Part shown: positions 15,209 to 20,000 of the stretch, one piece after another | Numbering within the stretch: the first letter of the stretch is position 1 | How the letters are laid out: each line of letters starts with the position of its first letter | IMG/VR virus record: IMGVR_UViG_3300042191_000126 | DNA from: an uncultured virus (IMG/VR IMGVR_UViG_3300042191_000126) | Lineage: Duplodnaviria; Heunggongvirae; Uroviricota; Caudoviricetes | Reading direction: 5' to 3' (one strand) | Length of the DNA: 20,000 bases | Made by a program: the position numbers and the translations under genes | The notes under the pieces: generated by a model | The model's database searches: none | Told to the model about the DNA's origin: nothing | Seen by the model: only the letters and a program-made list of their open reading frames with translations

Positions 15209-15248
15209 GCGTTGCGGACCGGGCGGGGGCGCTTTCGCCCGTCCGAGG

Positions 15249-15485
15249 TCAGGCTGCCCCGGGGTCGTCGCGTAGGTCGGTGCGGGCGCCGCGGCCGGGA
15301 CGGGCAGCATGAGCGGCACAGACCTGCTCGGCGTCGTAGAGGCTGACACCTGCGCGGCCGGGCTGGCGGGCGACGGCGTGGACGCCCCAGCGGTGAAGCG
15401 TTTTGCGGGCGCTGCCGGTGGAGGCGGCGCCCAGGTAGTCGGAGACCTGAGCGATGGTCCACAGACCAGTTCCGTCCGCCATCAC
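15249..15485 (-). CDS. Small MerR/excisionase-like HTH DNA-binding protein
   Basis: LWTIAQVSDYLG...SLYDAEQV...RPGRGARTDL; start overlaps the upstream stop codon. Confidence 0.7.
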   Translation of the reverse strand: MMADGTGLWTIAQVSDYLGAASTGSARKTLHRWGVHAVARQPGRAGVSLYDAEQVCAAHAARPGRGARTDLRDDPGAA

Positions 15486-15979
15486 AGGCCACCATCGCGG
15501 AGCCCCGCCAGGACACGGCGCTCACCGGCGCTGTGGTGCTCGCGGGACTCGATCTCAGCCTGCCACGCATCGAGGCGCCTCTGCCTGCTCTCTCTGGCAG
15601 CGCTCTCACGGTCGCCGGGCAGGATGTCGTCCCCAGCGCTGGGGAGCATGCCGGGGACGATGACGTCCAGGTGGTCGTAGCAGACACGGGTGAGGATGCC
15701 AGTGCCGGCGCTCTCGTTGAGGCATCCGGGGGCGGTGCACAGGCGGATCACGGGGCCGTCGGGGTCGATCATGTAGCGCAGCGTCTGGGCGACTGTCATG
15801 ACTGGGACGTCGTCTTCCATGGATTCGATGGTGACGTGCAGTTTTCCGGTCTCTGGGAGTCCGTGGAGATGCATTGTGGTGCGGTCGTCGGCGATGGCTG
15901 TCCACAGTCTGGCTGCTGTGGTGGTTGTGAGGATGCTGGTGCCGGTGGTTGCCGCGGTGAGCAGTTCGGTGAGGTTCAT
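15482..15979 (-). CDS. Hypothetical protein (165 aa; CTAPGC...CYDH)
   Basis: AGAAGGA RBS before ATG at 15979, high GC3, own promoter. Confidence 0.7.
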   Translation of the reverse strand: MNLTELLTAATTGTSILTTTTAARLWTAIADDRTTMHLHGLPETGKLHVTIESMEDDVPVMTVAQTLRYMIDPDGPVIRLCTAPGCLNESAGTGILTRVCYDHLDVIVPGMLPSAGDDILPGDRESAARESRQRRLDAWQAEIESREHHSAGERRVLAGLRDGGL

Positions 15980-16008
15980 CGGAGGTCCTTCTCGTTGGCG
16001 ATGACCCC

Positions 16009-16037
16009 AGCATGCCTCACCGTGAGGCAAAGTGCAA
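16009..16037 (-). promoter_or_regulatory. Sigma70/HrdB-type promoter with palindromic operator in the spacer
   Basis: Minus strand TTGCAC-N17-CATGCT. Perfect inverted repeat TGCCTCAC-C-GTGAGGCA at 16013-16029. Confidence 0.65.
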
Positions 16038-16049
16038 GAGCGTTACACA

Positions 16050-16084
16050 GGTCGGCCCTCATCCCGGGTAGATGAGGGCCGACC
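16050..16084 (-). terminator. Terminator hairpin downstream of the GntR gene
   Basis: Perfect 14-bp stem GGTCGGCCCTCATC-N7-GATGAGGGCCGACC. Confidence 0.7.
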
Positions 16085-16101
16085 GCAGCACACCCCCGGC
16101 C

Positions 16102-16845
16102 TCACTCGACCGTGTACTCGTAGCCGATCACAAACCGGGGCGGCAGACACCACTCGCCGTAGACGATGAGTCCCTGCTCGTCTGACCACTCGTGCGCCCC
16201 GGCCAGGATCGGCTCACCTACCCTCACACCCAGGTGAGCGGCTTCCCGAGCATCAGCCTCCCGGCCATGCATGGCATCCCTCCCGGAGGCGACCCGGCGG
16301 CCCAGCTTCTCCTCGATCTGCATCAGCAGGTCATTGCCCCGGCCCGGGTGGCCGGCGGTGCGTTGCCCGGGCTCGGTACCCAGCAGATCGGGCACCGCCT
16401 CGACGAAATGGGCCGGGTATTAGTCGACAGCGAGCATCGTCCGCTGGCGTCCCCGGCCGGTGACGTACTCGCGGCGTACCAGGCGCTCGCCCGGGTCGAT
16501 GTCGAACAGCTCGGCCACGTACAGCGGCGGCACGATGAGTTCGGCCGCGATGACGCGCTTGGTCTCGCCGACTGCGAGGAAACTCCCGGTGCGGTGGGTG
16601 CGTAGCAGCCGGTCGCGGGCGGATGGTCCGGCGTTGGGGCTGTCGGCGACGAACGAGCCGCGCTGGGTGGTGACGATGTAGCCCTCGACCTGGAGCCAGG
16701 ACAGGGCGTGGCGGACGGTGGTGGACGATACGCCGTGGTGTTCGGCGAGGTCCTTGACGCTGGGTAGGCGCTGGCTGGGGGCGAGGTCGCCGTCGCGGAT
16801 CTGCTGCCGGTAGTGCTCGGCGATGCGCTCGTATGGGTGCTGCAT
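16102..16845 (-). pseudogene. GntR-family (HutC/KorSA-like, wHTH plus UTRA) regulator interrupted by an in-frame TAA at 16420-16422
   Basis: PYERIAEHYRQQIRDG...RLPSVKDLAEHHGVSSTTVRHALSWLQVEG GntR HTH. ORFs 16420-16881 and 16102-16395 are in the same frame: LAVD*YPAHFVEAVPDLL. GGAAGG RBS before ATG 16845. Confidence 0.8.
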
Positions 16846-16864
16846 GCGTGCAGCCTTCCACGTC

Positions 16865-16932
16865 CGAGTTAATTCACTCAAGGGTCTTGCGAGTTAACTC
16901 ACTCGCCCTCTACGTTTCGAGTTACCTCACTC
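16865..16932. promoter_or_regulatory. Three operator repeats overlapping a divergent promoter region
   Basis: GAGTTAATTCACTC (16866-16879), GAGTTAACTCACTC (16891-16904), GAGTTACCTCACTC (16919-16932), each preceded by C. Plus-strand TTGCGA-N18-TACGTT at 16887-16916. Confidence 0.8.
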
Positions 16933-16952
16933 GGAGCGAGCAGAGGAGCACA

Positions 16953-17150
16953 GTGAGCGCTGCCGTATGGGCGGAACCACCCCGCATGACCCTGCGCGTC
17001 AGCCGCGACGGCGGACGCACCTGGGGACCCCTCCGCACCATCACCACAGGGGACCCCGAACGCCCGCCAACGTCCATCGGCTACCCGCCCTGCCAGTGCC
17101 CCCAGCACCGCGCCGAGGCGGGCACCACACCACCGAGGAGCAGACGTTGA
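16953..17150 (+). CDS. Small hypothetical protein (LRVSRDGGRTWGP...YPPCQCPQH)
   Basis: AGAGGAG RBS, GTG at 16953, first gene after the operator region. Confidence 0.7.
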   Translation: MSAAVWAEPPRMTLRVSRDGGRTWGPLRTITTGDPERPPTSIGYPPCQCPQHRAEAGTTPPRSRR

Positions 17151-17356
17151 TCAGCCACATCACACCCGACCGGCGGGACCTCCGCTACAGCCACCAGGCG
17201 CAGCACACACAGCTGCCGGTGACCATCCACTACCGCGACGGCCGCACCGAGGCCGCCACCCTGGTCATGGACCCGGACCAGGTCGAGCTGTACGCCATCC
17301 AGCTCGCGCAGTCGATCGCGGCGCGGGAGCGGGCCCTCGAAGCCGCCGGATGGTGA
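17147..17356 (+). CDS. Small hypothetical protein (69 aa)
   Basis: GAGGAG RBS, TTGA overlap with the previous gene, high GC3. Confidence 0.7.
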   Translation: MISHITPDRRDLRYSHQAQHTQLPVTIHYRDGRTEAATLVMDPDQVELYAIQLAQSIAARERALEAAGW

Positions 17357-17389
17357 GCAGCCACACCCGACTAGATGGGGAGACCTACG

Positions 17390-17482
17390 ATGCAGTGCAG
17401 CAAATGCGGTGCGCAGATGACTCCGACGCAGGACGGCTGGTACATCTGCTACGCCTGCGGCAGCAGCATGCCACCACAGTAA
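17390..17482 (+). CDS. 30-aa zinc-ribbon microprotein MQCSKCGAQMTPTQDGWYICYACGSSMPPQ
   Basis: GGGGAG RBS, ATG 17390, TAA 17480-17482, two CxxC motifs. Below the ORF-track length cutoff. Confidence 0.65.
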   Translation: MQCSKCGAQMTPTQDGWYICYACGSSMPPQ

Positions 17483-17497
17483 GGAAACGCAACGTCG

Positions 17498-17710
17498 ATG
17501 GACTGTCCCCGGTGCACGACGCCACTCACACTCGCCGCGCTGGACTGGCGGTGCGATGAGTGCGGCTACCAGATGAGTGATGACGCCCACCGGGCGTACA
17601 GGGAACTCGTCGCAGCGCATGACCGTGATCCCGACGCGTTTTTCGCCTGGGTGCGGGACGTGCGGGATCATCTGCGGTCCCTGAAGCCTGCATGGCAGCG
17701 GTCCCTGTAG
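17498..17710 (+). CDS. Zinc-ribbon protein (CPRC...CDEC) with helical C-terminus
   Basis: TAAGGA RBS, two CxxC motifs. Confidence 0.7.
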   Translation: MDCPRCTTPLTLAALDWRCDECGYQMSDDAHRAYRELVAAHDRDPDAFFAWVRDVRDHLRSLKPAWQRSL

Positions 17711-17724
17711 CGCCCCCTTGAACC

Positions 17725-17768
17725 GGCCCCGGTTGTCCGCTCCCCCGTGGCGGATGGCCGGGGCCTTT
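17725..17768 (+). terminator. Intrinsic terminator
   Basis: GGCCCCGGTTGTCCGC-N9-GCGGATGGCCGGGGCC, 16-bp stem with G:U pairs, then TTT. Confidence 0.7.
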
Positions 17769-17789
17769 GCCGTTTCTGGGACCTGGTGG

Positions 17790-18056
17790 GGGGATGTTCC
17801 AGGCTTCTGAGGGCCGGTGGCGTTCCGGTAGCGTTCCGGTCGGTGCCCAGATTCCGGAAAAATTCCGTAGTTTTATGACCCACGTCGACATCCCATGTCA
17901 CACGTCGTTACGAGTTCCTGTGCAGGTCAGAGCACCTACAAGCTTCTGACCGGCTCAGACGCCATTGGCCTCGAACAGCACCGATGGATGTTCCAGATCA
18001 TGGCCTGGCCTGCGTCGACGGTGCTTTCCGACGGCGGCCTTCCGGGATCCTTCCGC
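17790..18056. repeat. Putative attP region with integrase arm-type repeats
   Basis: Tandem GCGTTCCGGT (17820, 17831); ATTCCG (17851, 17862); CTTCCG (18039, 18050); GGATGTTCCAG twice (17792, 17986). Adjacent to the integrase 3' end. Core not identified. Confidence 0.55.
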
Positions 18057-19257
18057 TCGCGCCAGAAAATCCTCCCTCAGCGTCACCCGGCTGGCTCCAT
18101 GCCGCATCCAGGACCGACCGCGTCTGCTCCTCCGCCTCCGCGAACAGATGCGCATACGTCCGCAGCGTGGTCATCACGTCCTTGTGCCCGAGCCGCTTCT
18201 GAACGACCTTCGGATTCTCCCCGCCGCCGATCAGGACAGAGGCGTAGTGGTGCCGCAGTTCATGCATGTGCCGCTCCTCCAGGCCGGCCCTCCGGCAGGT
18301 GTTCTTCAGCGCCCAGTCGATCGTGCTCTCACCGATTGGGAGCCCACCGGGCATGGTGAAGATGAGCCCGGCCCAGGGACCGTCTGTCGGCGGCGGATGC
18401 TTCGCGACGTACGCAGCCAGGAGATCGATCGCGCGCTGATTGAGCGGCAGCACCCGGCGTCCGGCGCCGGTCTTCAGGTCGTCGAGGAGGAACCCTCCCC
18501 TCTTCTTCTCGTACACCAGCTGCTGCTCAATACGCGCCGCCTTGCGCAGGAAATCGACTCTGTCCAGACACAGGCCGCGCAGTTCACCCGACCGGAGCCC
18601 GGTCAGCGCGTCGAGCTCGAACATGGCCGCCCACAGCGGCTTGTAGGCGTGTGCGACGATCTGGCGTACCTCGGCGATGTCCGGCGGGTGCACCGTCGAC
18701 TCCACCAGCGTCGGAGCCTTGATCCCATCGAACGGCGACACCGGGATCACGCGGTCGACCACGGCCAGCCGGAAAATGCTGCGGACGTAGCGCGCGACCC
18801 GGTTCGGGTAGGACCCCGACAGCCCGTACTCGGACGTCAGCCTCTGCTGCCACGCCCCCGTCTCCGAGGGCTTGATCGACCGAATCTCCCGCGGGCCCCA
18901 ATCGGGGATCAGGTAGCGCCGCAGCACGCCCCGGTACTCAGTCTCGGTGCGGCCGATGATGCCCTGCGCGGGCAGCCATGTCTCCAGCGCGAACGTCTCG
19001 ACCGTGACCAGACCGGCCCTCGGGTCGAGCCACGACCCGGTGAGTTTCGCGTTCTCCTGCTGGACGATGTGCCGGTCGGCCTCGGTGCGGGTGGTGAACA
19101 GCGCGGTGCGCTCGTGGCCGTCGGGCCCGTCGTAGCGGGCCTGCCAGCGTTTGCCCTTGCCGTGCGCGGCGGTGGCAACCTTCCCCTTGTGCTCACCGCA
19201 TTCCGGATCGCCCGGCTTGGGGCGGGTCTTGTGCCAGCGGTCAGCTATGTATCCCAT
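17998..19257 (-). CDS. int: Tyrosine integrase
   Basis: TGLRSGE (R), LKT (K), HELRH (H-x-x-R), LGH and TLRTYAH (Y) all present. N-terminal arm-binding region KRWQARY. Confidence 0.95.
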   Translation of the reverse strand: MGYIADRWHKTRPKPGDPECGEHKGKVATAAHGKGKRWQARYDGPDGHERTALFTTRTEADRHIVQQENAKLTGSWLDPRAGLVTVETFALETWLPAQGIIGRTETEYRGVLRRYLIPDWGPREIRSIKPSETGAWQQRLTSEYGLSGSYPNRVARYVRSIFRLAVVDRVIPVSPFDGIKAPTLVESTVHPPDIAEVRQIVAHAYKPLWAAMFELDALTGLRSGELRGLCLDRVDFLRKAARIEQQLVYEKKRGGFLLDDLKTGAGRRVLPLNQRAIDLLAAYVAKHPPPTDGPWAGLIFTMPGGLPIGESTIDWALKNTCRRAGLEERHMHELRHHYASVLIGGGENPKVVQKRLGHKDVMTTLRTYAHLFAEAEEQTRSVLDAAWSQPGDAEGGFSGASGRIPEGRRRKAPSTQARP

Positions 19258-19447
19258 GCAGCGCTCCGAGGATCGCGCCTGCGTCCAGGCCGGCGCATAG
19301 GAGAGCTGCGAGTGCTTCGGTGTGCATGGTCGGGTTGTGGGCGGCGGAGCGGTTCACGACGGCTGCTGGCTTGCCGTTGATTCGGCAGGTGTAGGCGGCG
19401 ATATGGGGTCCGAGGTCGGCTGTGATGACTCTCGGCGGGGTGTGCAT
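19241..19447 (-). CDS. Small hypothetical protein between repressor and integrase
   Basis: GGGAGG RBS, 17-nt overlap with the integrase start. Confidence 0.6.
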   Translation of the reverse strand: MHTPPRVITADLGPHIAAYTCRINGKPAAVVNRSAAHNPTMHTEALAALLCAGLDAGAILGALHGIHS

Positions 19448-19543
19448 GGACGGCCTCCCGGGTAGGTGGCCGGGGCTGATCGCTCCGGGTGTCGGAGCAT
19501 ATGCAGTGTGTCCGGATGCTCGCTATGCGCTCACAAAAATTGT

Positions 19544-19975
19544 TCATGGTTGTACTGCATCTGTCGTAGTGATGAGGCCCTGCCGGCGCATCTCCTCCAC
19601 GGCGATGCGCGTGGCTGCACGGATTTCGGCTGTTGTGGCGTGCTCGGTGGCGCGGACCATTGCGTTGGTGATGATCGCCTCGATGCGGCTCGCGTCGACC
19701 TGAGGCTGTACTGGCACATCGCGCCATCCGCCCGGCGGTTCGGCGCCTCCGAGGACTGCGTCGACTGCGCCGGGGGGCCAGCCCAGGACTCGGGCGATGG
19801 GGCCGATGGTGTAGGGCATCCGGGACCGGGGGGGCTTGCCGGCCTCGGCTGTCTGGACGCTGGCCATGGACACGTCGGCCATCTCGGCGACCTGCCCCTG
19901 GGACAGTCCGCGGGCGAGGCGGCGTTGCTTGAGGGCTTGGCCGAGCCGGGCCCACATTTTGGGGTCGCGGTTCAT
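19544..19975 (-). CDS. XRE-family HTH regulator, probable immunity repressor
   Basis: LGQALKQRRLARGLSQGQVAEMADVSMASVQTAEAG HTH_3 pattern. AGGAGA RBS; co-oriented upstream of int. Confidence 0.85.
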   Translation of the reverse strand: MNRDPKMWARLGQALKQRRLARGLSQGQVAEMADVSMASVQTAEAGKPPRSRMPYTIGPIARVLGWPPGAVDAVLGGAEPPGGWRDVPVQPQVDASRIEAIITNAMVRATEHATTAEIRAATRIAVEEMRRQGLITTTDAVQP

Positions 19976-20000
19976 GGCGGTGGGGGCTCTCCTCTGCGTT

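Larger units (their letters stand above)
1..20000. mobile_element. Part of a temperate siphophage/prophage of a high-GC actinobacterium (neck, tail, lysis, accessory and integration/immunity modules)
   Basis: Canonical siphovirus gene order (adaptor, gp10-like, terminator, tail tube, chaperone with frameshift, tape measure, minor tail, endolysin, holin), followed by a tyrosine integrase and XRE repressor. High GC and high GC3. Confidence 0.95.

Noticed and set aside
16420..16422. Selenocysteine/pyrrolysine or alternative-code readthrough of the GntR stop
   Set aside because: The codon is TAA, not TGA or TAG, and TAA terminates other genes in this window (2744-2746, 8529-8531, 17480-17482).
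16865..16932. Mini CRISPR array
   Set aside because: Repeats are 14-15 bp with 10-14 bp spacers, overlap a promoter, and no cas genes are present; they fit operators.
17960..18000. Plus-strand peptide GLEQHRWMFQ resembling a Dps C-terminus as an attB clue
   Set aside because: Only about 10 residues and no stop follows; chance similarity cannot be excluded without a search.
17965..19380. 471-aa plus-strand ORF
   Set aside because: Antisense shadow of the integrase.

Overview
High-GC actinobacterial (Streptomyces-like) temperate siphophage DNA. On the + strand, 24-15112 is a late operon: head-tail joining genes, a free-standing HNH endonuclease, two paralogous tail-tube genes, a tail assembly chaperone with a -1 frameshift, tape measure, minor tail proteins, a small Acb2/Tad1-like protein, and an amidase endolysin/holin lysis cassette. 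Two terminator-bounded accessory cassettes follow: a two-gene operon with a palindromic operator, and a GntR/UTRA regulator broken by one in-frame TAA with a divergent operon of small proteins. The window ends with an attP-like region, an intact tyrosine integrase and an XRE repressor on the - strand. The most notable observations are: (1) a hidden 59-codon gene with no canonical start codon nested inside the first ORF; (2) duplicated tail-tube genes, each preceded by a similar hairpin, the second with its RBS sequestered; (3) a putative anti-defence nucleotide sponge coupled to the endolysin; (4) the stop-interrupted GntR regulator with three operator repeats. All family assignments come from motif recognition by eye; no searches were run.
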